Shown piece after piece: positions 19,264 to 29,324 of a stretch of 64,000 nucleotides of DNA. The stretch is from an uncultured Gammaproteobacteria bacterium (lineage in GTDB: Bacteria; Patescibacteriota; Patescibacteriia; Magasanikbacterales; UBA922): positions 36,286 through 100,285 of the forward strand of contig CAYFPM010000002.1 of assembly GCA_964345045.1 (NCBI GenBank), written 5' to 3'. Under the pieces are notes generated by a model. That model worked only from the letters and a program-made list of their open reading frames with translations, was not told the DNA's origin and did no database searches. The position numbers and the translations under genes are program-made. Position 1 is the first letter of the stretch; every line of letters begins with the position of its first letter.

Positions 19264-19482
19264 TTACAAGATAACACGAAGTAGTGAAACGCCAAAAAAT
19301 AGAATAGATATGATAATTGTTCCCTTGTGCAAAACTGCATCAAGACCTCTTTTGGTACTGTAGATGTTGCTAGAACCACCAAAAGCAGCTCCTAGTCCAG
19401 AACCTTTTTGCTGTAGCAAAATTACTACCATTAGTAGTAGGGCTAGGATTATTTGTAATACTGAGATTATTTGAATCAACAT
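19264..19482 (-). CDS. secG: preprotein translocase subunit SecG
   Basis: 72 aa with two TM helices and the LLQQKGSGLGAAFGG motif. Confidence 0.8.
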   Translation of the reverse strand: MLIQIISVLQIILALLLMVVILLQQKGSGLGAAFGGSSNIYSTKRGLDAVLHKGTIIISILFFGVSLLRVIL

Positions 19483-19652
19483 ATTATAGTGAAGTATACC
19501 GAAACTAACTGATTATGAAAAGTGGGTTAATTTTAGCTTGCTGGCCTATTTTAAATGAAAAGGGTGAAATTGTCAATATCTCCCTATCCCCCTTGATTTT
19601 TTGGTCAAAAATCATCATTCTATATAGATATTTTTTGTTTTTTACTTATCTA

Positions 19653-19681
19653 TTGACAAGAATCTCTCTTATTGCTATAAT
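19653..19681 (+). promoter_or_regulatory. consensus sigma70 promoter upstream of rpmE
   Basis: TTGACA (19653-19658), a 17-nt spacer, then TATAAT (19676-19681). Confidence 0.7.
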
Positions 19682-19753
19682 CCTGACTACTTTTAAGATT
19701 GACTTTTTAAAGCCCTCAGGCTTCTCTAGCCTCTTAAGGCTTCTGCAAAATTT

Positions 19754-20086
19754 ATGAAAAAAGATATTCATCCAAAAAATCATCCTGCTATCTTTGTAGA
19801 TACTTCTTGTGGAGTAGAATTTTTTACTACATCAACTCTAAAATCTGATGAAACCAGAGATGTAGACGGCGTAACCTACATGGTACACCGTACAGAAATT
19901 TCTTCTGCTTCTCACCCATTTTACACTGGCAAACAAATCTTGGTAGATACTGCCAGACGTGTAGAAAAATTCCAAGAAAGAGCTGCCAAACAAGCCCAAG
20001 CTAGTGAAAGCAGAAAAGGTAAAAAAGTAAAAAAAGCCAAAATTAACGCCAAAAAAGAAGCAGAAAAAAAAGACGAATCAAAATAG
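19754..20086 (+). CDS. rpmE: 50S ribosomal protein L31 with a Lys-rich C-terminal tail
   Basis: Begins MKKDIHPKNHP...VDTSCGVEF. Confidence 0.85.
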   Translation: MKKDIHPKNHPAIFVDTSCGVEFFTTSTLKSDETRDVDGVTYMVHRTEISSASHPFYTGKQILVDTARRVEKFQERAAKQAQASESRKGKKVKKAKINAKKEAEKKDESK

Positions 20087-20102
20087 CTACAAAAAATAAA
20101 AA

Positions 20103-20130
20103 AAGCAGGCTTACTTAAGTCTGCTTTTAT
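20103..20130 (+). terminator. intrinsic terminator after rpmE
   Basis: aagcaggctt-actt-aagtctgctttt. Confidence 0.6.
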
Positions 20131-20276
20131 ATTTGCCTATATTAGAGTAAAATTATAAATTAGTAGCTGGTTGATTGGATAATTGGGTTTTAAAGATTAT
20201 TGATAGTAAAAAATGAACAATTAACAAAGAACTACAAATTTATTTCTTAAAACTTACAACTTATTTCTGATTAGTT

Positions 20277-21338
20277 ATGAACGAAAAATACCAAAAAATT
20301 AAAGAACAATACCAAAAACTAGAACAGGAGCTAACAAACCCTGCTATTGTGGCTGATCAAAAAAAATTAAAAGAAACTTCACAAGAATACAATGAACTAA
20401 AACCAGCGATTGAAAAAATAACTGAATTAGAAAAAATCGTAGAGAGTATTGCTGACACCGAATTACTTTTGGCAGACGAAGAAGATGTGGCTACCAGAGA
20501 ATTGGCCGAAGCCGACTTGGCAGAACTAAGAGACAAAAAAATTAAATTGGACGAAGAAGTTGCTGTACTAACTAGACCAAAAGATCCACTAGACAAAAAA
20601 AATGTAATTGTAGAAATAAGAGCTGGAGCTGGTGGTGACGAAGCAGCTCTTTTTGCTGGAGAATTAATGCGCATGTACATGAAATACGGTGAGAAAAAAA
20701 ATTGGAAAACATCCCTTATTAGCGCCAATCAGATTGGGATTGGGGGTTACAAAGAAGTAATTTTTGCTATAGACGGTGTAAATGTGTTCAAAGATATGAA
20801 ATACGAAATGGGTGTGCACCGCGTACAAAGAATCCCAGAAACCGAAAAAGCCGGTCGTGTGCACACATCTACTTCTAGTGTAGCTATACTGCCAGAAATA
20901 GAAGAAACCGAAATTGAAATAAAACAAAACGATTTGAGAATTGATACCTACTGTGCTAGTGGGAATGGTGGCCAAAGTGTAAACACTACTTACAGTGCTG
21001 TGCGTATTACTCATATTCCAACTGGAATTGTCGCTCAGTGTCAAGACGAAAAATCCCAAACTCAAAACAAAATAAAAGCCATGTCGGTACTGCGCGCTAG
21101 AATCTACGAAGCCGAACAAGAAAAAAAAGAAGCAGAATTATCTGAACAAAGAAAAAGCCAAATTGGCACCGGCGACAGAAGTGAAAAAATCAGAACTTAC
21201 AATTTTCCACAAGACAGAATTACGGATCATAGAATAAAACAAAGCTGGAACAACATCCCCAATGTATTGGATGGAGATTTGGACGACGTTATCGAAGCTT
21301 TGCGTACAGCAGATTATGAGGCGAAGGATGGTGAGTAA
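20277..21338 (+). CDS. prfA: peptide chain release factor 1
   Basis: GGQ motif ([10 protein letters not shown]) and an RF1-type domain 2 (QRIPETE at the PxT position). Confidence 0.9.
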   Translation: MNEKYQKIKEQYQKLEQELTNPAIVADQKKLKETSQEYNELKPAIEKITELEKIVESIADTELLLADEEDVATRELAEADLAELRDKKIKLDEEVAVLTRPKDPLDKKNVIVEIRAGAGGDEAALFAGELMRMYMKYGEKKNWKTSLISANQIGIGGYKEVIFAIDGVNVFKDMKYEMGVHRVQRIPETEKAGRVHTSTSSVAILPEIEETEIEIKQNDLRIDTYCASGNGGQSVNTTYSAVRITHIPTGIVAQCQDEKSQTQNKIKAMSVLRARIYEAEQEKKEAELSEQRKSQIGTGDRSEKIRTYNFPQDRITDHRIKQSWNNIPNVLDGDLDDVIEALRTADYEAKDGE

Positions 21339-21387
21339 TGAGTAAAGAGTAACGGTAATGAATTAATTATATAATCAAAGGAGAAAT

Positions 21388-21753
21388 ATGAAGTTAGGAG
21401 AATTTGAGATTTATAAACTTTCTCGTGAAACATCAAAGTATGTGTGGGAGATATATGATCAATTTGATTGGAAGGTGAGAAAAACAATTGGTGATCAATG
21501 GCTAACTTCTACAGATTCTATTAGCGCCAACATAGCCGAGGGTTTTGGTAGATTCCATTTTTTAGACAAAAATAAATTTTATTATAATGCTAGAGGTTCC
21601 TTGTTCGAAGCCTTGGACTGGACAGACAAACTTACAGAAAGGAAAATTATATCTGAAAAACAATCAAAATATATAATTTCAAAACTTATTTATCTAAGGA
21701 TAAAATTGAATACTCATATAAGATCTAATAAAGAAATGAATTCTAAAATTTGA
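21388..21753 (+). CDS. four-helix-bundle protein (23S rRNA intervening-sequence protein family, TIGR02436-like)
   Basis: Motif SISANIAEGFGR; strong SD aaggag 7 nt upstream; flanked by an 11-bp inverted repeat. Confidence 0.75.
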   Translation: MKLGEFEIYKLSRETSKYVWEIYDQFDWKVRKTIGDQWLTSTDSISANIAEGFGRFHFLDKNKFYYNARGSLFEALDWTDKLTERKIISEKQSKYIISKLIYLRIKLNTHIRSNKEMNSKI

Positions 21754-21793
21754 GTAGACATTACTTATTACTCATTACACTTTACCAAAATTC

Positions 21794-23308
21794 ATGAAAA
21801 AACATCTACCTATTGTCTTAATCATATTTTTAGCTCTAACTCTAAGAGTTACACTTTTATTCTTTCGTGGGACTTTGTGGTTTGATGAATTATTTAGTAT
21901 TCATTTTAGCTCTCTGCCTTGGGTAGAAGCCTGGCGCTTTTGGACTTTAGAAACCAATCCTCCACTCTACACCTTTTTACTTCGCTTTTATTTACTCCTA
22001 GGAGATCCCCATAATCCTTTCTTTACTCGGTTCCCTGCCTTTGTTTTTTCGATTCTTTCTATCTTTGCCCTATACAAACTAGCCAAAAAAGTTTTCGACA
22101 AAAACACCGCCATATTTGCTAGTCTTTTCTTTTCTTTATCTGGGATTCATATCTTGGCTAGCACCGAAACTCGTACCTATACCCTACTCGGTCTAATTAC
22201 TATTTTGTCTTATTTTTACTTTTACAAACTTTTTTTTGCAGAAGAAAAAAGTCGCAAAAATTGGATCATTTATACTGTACTTACCACACTTTTACTCTAC
22301 ACTCATCTTACCGCTATTTTGGTACCTCTCACCCACTTATTGGCATTAATCTTGCAACAGCCAAATAAGTTAGATAATCGTCGTTGGTGGTCTAGTCAAA
22401 TTGTGGCTGGAATATTTTGGTTACCTTGGATTATCCCGGCTTTTTTATCCAAATTTAATAGTACAACTACTACTGGTTGGTTTTTTGATGGGGACTTATT
22501 TCAAAATGCCAATATTTTTTCACTACTAGCTACGGGATTTTTTGTAAACAATATTGGAGCCCAGTTTATTTATACTTTTGTAATTATTGCTTTGGTAGTA
22601 GCTGCCATAATTATTAGCCAAAAGTACAGCAAACCAAGTACAGATACAAAAACCAAAAATAGCCTTATATTCTTGGCTTTGTGGGGACTTTTACCAATTG
22701 TCTTTACTTCGCTTTTTAGTATTTTTGTTCCCAAATATGTTTTGTATGCTTACCCGGCTCTCTACATCTTGGCTGGTTATGCAATTACCAGAATTACCCA
22801 AAAGAAAAAAAGCTTGCTAATAATTACTATTGCTGTTTTAATTTCTATTCTACCCTCCAGCACTTTAATTGCTACTAGACCGGTTTTTTCTTGGACACCT
22901 TTTGTAAATTTTGTAGAAAAAGAAGCCAATGATAATTCTCTAGTAATTTTGGCTTTCCCCGAAACTTTGTCTTGGCAACATTTTTACAAAGGAAAAACTC
23001 CTCATGTGGGACTATATTTAAAAGAAGATAATTTAAGTTACGAAGAAAGAATCGTTCGCTACAACTGGAACAAACAGTTAACTAGCGACGAAGAACTAAC
23101 ACTTTGGCTCGACAAAACTATTATAGAACACAACGCCGAGAGAATATTTATTATCCAAAATTCAATTAGTTTCTTTTGGTTACAGGAAATATTATTGAAC
23201 AAAGGCTGGGTTATAAAAGAAAAAATCCGTGCCCCCGGATACTCCGAATCACTTTTATTTTTGCTAGATGCTCCAACAAAAGATAAAGACAATTTTACAG
23301 AAAACTAA
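21794..23308 (+). CDS. glycosyltransferase family 39 (ArnT/PMT-like) polytopic membrane protein
   Basis: 504 aa with about 11 TM helices and an FDELFS (DE-type) motif in the first loop. Confidence 0.65.
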   Translation: MKKHLPIVLIIFLALTLRVTLLFFRGTLWFDELFSIHFSSLPWVEAWRFWTLETNPPLYTFLLRFYLLLGDPHNPFFTRFPAFVFSILSIFALYKLAKKVFDKNTAIFASLFFSLSGIHILASTETRTYTLLGLITILSYFYFYKLFFAEEKSRKNWIIYTVLTTLLLYTHLTAILVPLTHLLALILQQPNKLDNRRWWSSQIVAGIFWLPWIIPAFLSKFNSTTTTGWFFDGDLFQNANIFSLLATGFFVNNIGAQFIYTFVIIALVVAAIIISQKYSKPSTDTKTKNSLIFLALWGLLPIVFTSLFSIFVPKYVLYAYPALYILAGYAITRITQKKKSLLIITIAVLISILPSSTLIATRPVFSWTPFVNFVEKEANDNSLVILAFPETLSWQHFYKGKTPHVGLYLKEDNLSYEERIVRYNWNKQLTSDEELTLWLDKTIIEHNAERIFIIQNSISFFWLQEILLNKGWVIKEKIRAPGYSESLLFLLDAPTKDKDNFTEN

Positions 23309-24155
23309 TCAGCATATTGATCAGTTGGATGCCGAACTCTTGCTTGCTCATGTAATAAAAAAGACACGAGAGTTTGTTATTTCTCATCCAGAATTTTTAC
23401 CTTCAAGTTTTGAGATTTTAAAATTTAGAAGATTTGTAAAAAAAAGACTAAATAACGTACCTTTGGCTTATTTGATTGGTCACAAAGAATTCTTTGGTCT
23501 GGATTTTTTGGTAAACAAACATACTTTGATTCCCAGACCAGATACTGAAATTTTGGTAGAAAAAGTTATTTCAAATATCAAGGAACAAAAAGCAAAAAAA
23601 CAAAATATTCTATTAATAGATGTGGGGACTGGTTCGGGGAATATCCCTGTTTCTATAAAAAAAACAATGGAACAATGGAACAATAAAACAATTACAACTT
23701 ATGCTACAGATATCTCTGCCAAAGCCCTAAAAATAGCCAAAAAGAATGCAAAAAAACATGGAGTAAAAATAGATTTTTTAAAAGGTAATCTTTTGAATCC
23801 GATTTTAAAACAATGGAACAATATAAAAATAGAACAATATAAAAATCTTATAATCACTGCCAACCTACCTTATTTAACCGAAGCTCAATTTGCAAGCGAG
23901 CCTAGCATCCAAAAAGAGCCTAAAACAGCTTTGGTGGCAAACAAGCAAGGCTTGGCACTCTACGAAAAACTCCTAAACCAAATTAAAAAAATAACTAAGA
24001 ACCATGAACTAAGAACTCTAAACTGTTATCTGGAAATAGACCCTACTCAAACCCAAAAAATAAAAACTTTGATAAAACAATATTTACCAAACGCAAACAT
24101 CCAAATTGCCCAGGATTTGGCCGGACATGATAGGGTGGTAAAAATTGAAATTTAA
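23268..24155 (+). CDS. prmC: release factor glutamine methyltransferase (HemK/PrmC)
   Basis: Motifs LIPRPDTE, DVGTGSGNI and NLPY; the exact start is uncertain because it overlaps the upstream ORF. Confidence 0.8.
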   Translation: MLQQKIKTILQKTNQHIDQLDAELLLAHVIKKTREFVISHPEFLPSSFEILKFRRFVKKRLNNVPLAYLIGHKEFFGLDFLVNKHTLIPRPDTEILVEKVISNIKEQKAKKQNILLIDVGTGSGNIPVSIKKTMEQWNNKTITTYATDISAKALKIAKKNAKKHGVKIDFLKGNLLNPILKQWNNIKIEQYKNLIITANLPYLTEAQFASEPSIQKEPKTALVANKQGLALYEKLLNQIKKITKNHELRTLNCYLEIDPTQTQKIKTLIKQYLPNANIQIAQDLAGHDRVVKIEI

Positions 24156-24157
24156 AA

Positions 24158-24183
24158 AACAACCTTATTATAGGTTGTTTTGC
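24158..24183 (+). terminator. intrinsic terminator after prmC
   Basis: aacaacct-tattat-aggttgttttgc. Confidence 0.55.
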
Positions 24184-24250
24184 TTATGCCAAATATGGCT
24201 AAAAAATTGAATTGAGAGAGTGAGAATTTGCTTGTCCCCTAGGGGCCGCA

Positions 24251-24451
24251 TCAGGGAGCTTCGTCATGAAAGACGAATCCCATATTTTTCAAAAACGTCT
24301 CCCCCAAAAGAGTCCTCAAACGCTCCCTGGCATCCTCTTTGGATTTGCCATACTGAATGGCTCCCGGGTAAGCAGGAGCCAAGGCGATGTCTCTTCCATC
24401 CTCTTCTTTCTGAAAACGAATCTGTACGATGATAGTTTTTTTCTCACTCAT
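24251..24451 (-). CDS. HicB-like (UPF0150) antitoxin-fold protein, solitary
   Basis: Motif KEEDGRDIALAPAYPGAIQYGKSKEDA...; strong SD aaggag; GC-rich. Confidence 0.5.
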   Translation of the reverse strand: MSEKKTIIVQIRFQKEEDGRDIALAPAYPGAIQYGKSKEDARERLRTLLGETFLKNMGFVFHDEAP

Positions 24452-24550
24452 CAGGTCTTCTCCTTGCTAAAAAAGCTAGCACAGAAAAAATAAAATGTCA
24501 AGCCTAAGAACACTTTTGACAAAAAAAACAAAAAGGAATAAAGTAGCGGC

Positions 24551-24805
24551 ATGGTGGAGACCATCAATGCAGTAAACTTTCTATACGCGATCGGAGGGGC
24601 AGGTCTGATCGTGCTAGTCGCTATCCTAGCGACTCACGAACGCTGGAGCATCTTCAACTACGAAGATTCCATCAAGAGCTACCAAGATCCTCGAGCCAAG
24701 ATCATGATCAAAAAAATGGAGGCAAAAAGAGCAAAAGAAAAAAGCGAGAGAGCAAATCTACAAAGAAACTCACCGCTCTTGGCCAGGGTCCTTAGCTTGT
24801 TCTAA
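24551..24805 (+). CDS. small hypothetical membrane protein (GC-rich)
   Basis: 84 aa with one TM helix and a charged C-terminus. Confidence 0.45.
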   Translation: MVETINAVNFLYAIGGAGLIVLVAILATHERWSIFNYEDSIKSYQDPRAKIMIKKMEAKRAKEKSERANLQRNSPLLARVLSLF

Positions 24806-24856
24806 GACAAGCTCTTGGCTCAAACAACCCCAGTCCACCTCCCATTCCAAACCAAA

Positions 24857-24885
24857 ACCACCAGCCATTATGCTGGTGGTTTTTT
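24857..24885 (+). terminator. intrinsic terminator closing the small GC-rich island
   Basis: aaccaccagc-catta-tgctggtggttttttt. Confidence 0.65.
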
Positions 24886-24912
24886 ATCCAAAGTTAAACA
24901 GAATCCTAAATT

Positions 24913-26919
24913 CTAATTAAATTTATTTTCTCTGTATATTCTTTTTAATTCATCCACTATCATTCTTTTTTTACTATTTGCTTCGGTACTATTTTCTGCT
25001 AAACCAAGCGCTATCCCAGCTCTGATTAAATAAGTGTGGCCATTTACAATTTTACCCACCCTACACAACACATTATTTTCTCTCATATTTTGACTATGCA
25101 AATCTTCTACAGAATCAACCCCAGTGGCTATAATAAAATGATCTAAATCAGAGACTATGTTTTCTGGTTGGGAAAAATAGTCTTGCCACATTTCTTTTTC
25201 TTCTTCTTGATCCATGTATTTGTCCACTTCATAACCTGCAACTCTGGCCAAATGATTAAAACCTCTAGAGTAGTGTTTAGCAGCATCTTTATGGTGTTTT
25301 GAAAAACCAAGTGAAATTACGGCTCTATTGATATATGCAAGTGGTGTAATAGACTCCCCACTAGAAAATTCTATTGGTCCTATCCCTCTTACATTTTTTG
25401 CGTGTAAGCCAGTTGCATTTATCTTGTCATCTTCTCCTAGACCAAAATTTACGGCATCTACTATTTTTTGCAAATCTTCTCTAACAATCTTCAGATCATT
25501 AAAGTACGTTTCATCCATTGGCTCGTAATATTTAATCTCAAACCCAGCAATTTCTTTTAATACTTCAAGTGTATCTTTCTCGTGGTTCGGAGCATCTTTA
25601 TAATCTTTTGTCATTCCAAGGGCAACTGCGGCTCTATGGACATAGGCAGCAAACTTTATACTTTCTCCTGCTACTGTCAAAACTGCCAAATCTTCCCCCT
25701 TTATATCGGCGCGACGCAATCCAACAACCAAATCTTCGATAGACTCTCCCCGACCAGACATTTTTAAATACCTTTCTAAATCTTCCCCAACAATTTCTGG
25801 ATTCAAAAAATAATCTTTATCCATTTTTGGTTTTATTTGCTCTGGTTTTTCTACCATCTTCGTTGCGTCAACCTCTTCCGGAGAATCTGATTCTTCTGGT
25901 TTCATTAACAAATGTGAAGCAAGATTAAACTTCCATCTTTTTTCATCAGATGTCCAAACAAAATTAGTTACGTCACCTTCTTGCAAAATTCCTTTCGGAG
26001 ATTTCGCTTTAAGATCTTTTTTGGTCATTTCAAAAAATCTATCTATTTTACCTTGGTCATGTACTACAAATGTTCTATTCCCAACCTCATCACAAACCAA
26101 AATAATTTTTCTCAATTTGGGCACAACGATTATCTTGTAACTTTCTTTTCTTACCATACTTGAGTCATTTTTGCCTGTAAAATATTTATTTTCTGATAGG
26201 TCTATCCCCAACTCTTTCAAAACTTCCAAAACATATTTAGATCTTGGGACACTCTCAAAAACCTGTTCCAAGTCTTCTCTATCTCCGTCCTGCATAGAAC
26301 CCTCTCCTGATGGTAAAATTGTTTTATCTGTTGGTACAAAAGCAACTGGCAACTCGACTTCTTCTATTTTATTTTCATCAAATTCTGCAACTTTAGCTTT
26401 AGCTCCATCCAAGTCTTCACTCCCGGGAGTAAAATCTTCAGATGCTTCATCTGGCTCTTGATCAAGCGGATCAAGGATTATATCTCGATCTTCGGTTTCT
26501 GGTCTTTCTTCTTCTCCACTGTCTAAAACTTCAACTTCCTCAGTAACATCATTTACTTCATCTTTTTCTGGTGTAGCAACTGAAACCGTATTATCTTTAA
26601 CTACTTCAACTCTATCTCCAACACTTGCTCCCTTTGCTTCTGTCAAAGGTGGAAAAGTTCTACTAAAAAATAAAGCAGGATTAAACCTGCCAGAAGACAT
26701 ACTTGGATCTCTGTAAGAAGAATGAACCGGGACTAATCTTTTTATTTTGTCCGAATTCAAGCCACCAGAAAAAAATAACTCAGAAAATTCATTATGTACG
26801 GCGGCTCTTTCCTCTTTAGTATTTGCTTTCTTTGCTCTTTCATACAAATCCAAAAATCTTTTTTCCACAGAACCTTCTGGATATTCTCTTCGTCCTCCCC
26901 TTCTGCCTTCTCTTACCAT
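24913..26919 (-). CDS. hypothetical protein with an acidic disordered region and three C-terminal ~90-aa repeats
   Basis: 668 aa; repeats around AYVHRAAVALGMTKDYKDA / AYINRAVISLGFSKHHKDA / YLIRAGIALGLAENSTEAN. Confidence 0.6.
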   Translation of the reverse strand: MVREGRRGGRREYPEGSVEKRFLDLYERAKKANTKEERAAVHNEFSELFFSGGLNSDKIKRLVPVHSSYRDPSMSSGRFNPALFFSRTFPPLTEAKGASVGDRVEVVKDNTVSVATPEKDEVNDVTEEVEVLDSGEEERPETEDRDIILDPLDQEPDEASEDFTPGSEDLDGAKAKVAEFDENKIEEVELPVAFVPTDKTILPSGEGSMQDGDREDLEQVFESVPRSKYVLEVLKELGIDLSENKYFTGKNDSSMVRKESYKIIVVPKLRKIILVCDEVGNRTFVVHDQGKIDRFFEMTKKDLKAKSPKGILQEGDVTNFVWTSDEKRWKFNLASHLLMKPEESDSPEEVDATKMVEKPEQIKPKMDKDYFLNPEIVGEDLERYLKMSGRGESIEDLVVGLRRADIKGEDLAVLTVAGESIKFAAYVHRAAVALGMTKDYKDAPNHEKDTLEVLKEIAGFEIKYYEPMDETYFNDLKIVREDLQKIVDAVNFGLGEDDKINATGLHAKNVRGIGPIEFSSGESITPLAYINRAVISLGFSKHHKDAAKHYSRGFNHLARVAGYEVDKYMDQEEEKEMWQDYFSQPENIVSDLDHFIIATGVDSVEDLHSQNMRENNVLCRVGKIVNGHTYLIRAGIALGLAENSTEANSKKRMIVDELKRIYRENKFN

Positions 26920-26929
26920 ATTTGCAAAA

Positions 26930-28075
26930 TTAATTAATTATTAACTCCCCATTTTGCGACAAAACCTCTACCCAAATTTTACCAGATTTAAATTCTATAA
27001 TTTCACCATCTTCGTTATAAAACTTGGTTCTATCTTTTCTACTAGCTTTTTCCCAAGTCCCTTCTATCTGGTAACCATCGCGAAATACCACAGCTTTGCC
27101 ACTACCAATAGTATCCATCTTTTTTCTACCTACCTCATCTACTACTACTGCTTTTACAAATTGTATTACTACCGTATCGGCCGATATTTCCGAGCCATCC
27201 GAATCTAGCTGCTTGCGTTTGTTTTGGTACCGAGTATAGCTCCCTATTTCTTCGTCGTACTCCCAGCCGGCATCGTAAGTTGGTGAGTAAAAAGAAGCTG
27301 TAAAATTGTAAACACAATTATTTTCTTCTGATTCTTCGTCTATAACACACGGTTCCAACTGACCAAACTTCCAACCTTCATAATTTTCTTTTTCAGCAAA
27401 TTCTTCGTAATCGGAAAAAGCCTTTTCCCAAAGTTTGTTCGAAGTATAAGTATTGTGTGGAGCGCCTCTATCTTTGCTACGCCAAAAATACCAACTTTTG
27501 TAAAATTCATTTATGTTAAAAATTTCTAAATCTTTTATTTTTTCCAAAGCTTCTGGAGAACCCCCAACGTGCATATACATAGTGTCTCCATATTCCCCAA
27601 GCCAATCTAGATAATAAGGTCTGGCACTACGCACCGGGCCAGTTTTTTTCACCTCTTCTTCCAAAAAATAAATAGCCATAAACCTAGGGATATCCCCTTC
27701 TACCGGCGCTTCGTAAACTACTCTAGCTTCCGACAAACCAGATAGGGGCCAAGCGTCTCTACTGTTTTCTATCATAACGGCTACCAAACTTGGATCTACA
27801 TACCTATCCGATTTTACACAAACACCGTCTAATTTTCTTTGGAAATCACATGATTTTTCTTCTTCTACTTCTGGATTTGGATCAATAACTAAACCAGCCT
27901 CTGGCTCCGAAACGAAAAAACTGCGACTGGCATGACCAACCAAAATAACAATAGCTGTTAAAAGTACCAAAGAAGATAATAAATATAGATACTTTACATC
28001 ATCTCCTTCTTGTTTTTGCTTCTTTAATTTCTTTTTAATTTTTACCCAACCTTTTTGGATATGTTTGTGTTTCAT
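26930..28075 (-). CDS. DUF3048 (YerB-like) domain protein, membrane-anchored
   Basis: Motifs ...ENSRDAWPLSGLSEARVVYEAPVEGDIPRFMAIY...RSARPYY... Confidence 0.7.
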   Translation of the reverse strand: MKHKHIQKGWVKIKKKLKKQKQEGDDVKYLYLLSSLVLLTAIVILVGHASRSFFVSEPEAGLVIDPNPEVEEEKSCDFQRKLDGVCVKSDRYVDPSLVAVMIENSRDAWPLSGLSEARVVYEAPVEGDIPRFMAIYFLEEEVKKTGPVRSARPYYLDWLGEYGDTMYMHVGGSPEALEKIKDLEIFNINEFYKSWYFWRSKDRGAPHNTYTSNKLWEKAFSDYEEFAEKENYEGWKFGQLEPCVIDEESEENNCVYNFTASFYSPTYDAGWEYDEEIGSYTRYQNKRKQLDSDGSEISADTVVIQFVKAVVVDEVGRKKMDTIGSGKAVVFRDGYQIEGTWEKASRKDRTKFYNEDGEIIEFKSGKIWVEVLSQNGELIIN

Positions 28076-28124
28076 ATGTCTTTGATAAAGCTTTTATATA
28101 CTACTACTTTTTTGACAAAAATCA

Positions 28125-28148
28125 AATTGAAAAAAGCACCATCCGGTG
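28125..28148. terminator. bidirectional terminator between rplY and the DUF3048 gene
   Basis: aaaagcacc-atcc-ggtgctttttt. Confidence 0.65.
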
Positions 28149-28179
28149 CTTTTTTGGTTTTTGCTTTTTTGAAAGATAT

Positions 28180-28851
28180 TTATTCTTTCTTTTCACCTTC
28201 GGCGGCTTTTTCACCTTCTTCTTCCTTCTTACCTTTTTCTTCTACTTCAATATCTTCTACAGAAGCAGCTTGTGATTCTTCCATAGCTTTCAATTGTTCT
28301 TCGGTTAGAGGAGCTGCTACTTTGGCAATTACCGTGTCGGCATTGTCTTGTACTTTTACGCCTTGTGGAAGTTGTAAATTTTCTACTCTGATTATATCTT
28401 CAAAAGTTTTCAAATTGCTTAGGTCAACTTCTACATGGTGAATAAGATCTTTTGGCAAACAAGTGATAGATAATCTTTCCAAACCTTTGTTCAAAGTACC
28501 ACCCAAAGTTTTTACAGCAGGAGCTTCGCCAACAAATTTTACATCAATTACAGCGTTAATCTCTTTGTCCATGTCGATTTGTCTAAAATCGGCGTGGATA
28601 ATGGTGTCTTTTATAGGATCAAACTGTACTTCTTGAATTAGAACTTTGGTAGTTTGATTGTCTGGTGTAGTTATGTCCACCAAACTGGCGTTACCAGCTT
28701 CTTGGTAAAGTTTTTCAAAAGTTTTATAATCCACTGCTACAGATTTTGGATCTTGCTTTGGACCATACATTACAGCTGGGACAAAACCTTCGGCACGAGT
28801 CTCTTCGGCTGTACCAACTCTGTCTTTTACAGCTATGGCAAAATTTTTCAT
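28180..28851 (-). CDS. rplY: 50S ribosomal protein L25 / general stress protein Ctc
   Basis: Ctc-type L25 with HADFR and GGTLN motifs and an acidic C-terminal tail. Confidence 0.8.
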   Translation of the reverse strand: MKNFAIAVKDRVGTAEETRAEGFVPAVMYGPKQDPKSVAVDYKTFEKLYQEAGNASLVDITTPDNQTTKVLIQEVQFDPIKDTIIHADFRQIDMDKEINAVIDVKFVGEAPAVKTLGGTLNKGLERLSITCLPKDLIHHVEVDLSNLKTFEDIIRVENLQLPQGVKVQDNADTVIAKVAAPLTEEQLKAMEESQAASVEDIEVEEKGKKEEEGEKAAEGEKKE

Positions 28852-28860
28852 AGAATAAAA

Positions 28861-29217
28861 TTATTTTTTTACAAACAGATTTTCTAACTGATAAGGTCTA
28901 TGTAATAGCTCGTGAAAACCGAGAAGATCATCTTCGGAAATTGGCAATTTTGATCGTAGTCTAACTACGTCTCTTGCAGTGAGATCGGTTACCATACCGA
29001 CAGAGCTAATCCCAATTGGAGAGAGGACTATCATAGCCAAAATAGCATTTTGACAACGACCACAAGTAATATGTACCAAGTGGCTATCGGCTCTTTCTTC
29101 CAAAAGATTAACTTTGTCTTCTTCGTAACCATGTCCACAAAGAGGACATTCCTGCATCAATCTTAATTTATCAAAGATAGATTCCGAAGATTTTGCTGGT
29201 TTTGGACTATTTTGCAT
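28861..29217 (-). CDS. hypothetical zinc-ribbon protein
   Basis: CPLCGH...CGRCQN cysteine pairs. Confidence 0.5.
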   Translation of the reverse strand: MQNSPKPAKSSESIFDKLRLMQECPLCGHGYEEDKVNLLEERADSHLVHITCGRCQNAILAMIVLSPIGISSVGMVTDLTARDVVRLRSKLPISEDDLLGFHELLHRPYQLENLFVKK

Positions 29218-29324
29218 AGATCAATAACGTGGCGATTATAGCAGATTAATTTTTTTATGTCAACAGACAGTAATAGTAGCCAAATTATAGCACAAACCCC
29301 ATATACGCTGTCTACTACTAGTTA

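Noticed and set aside
24452-24550. HicA toxin partner for the HicB-like gene
   Set aside because: No small ORF with a HicA-like sequence on either side; the antitoxin-fold gene appears solitary.
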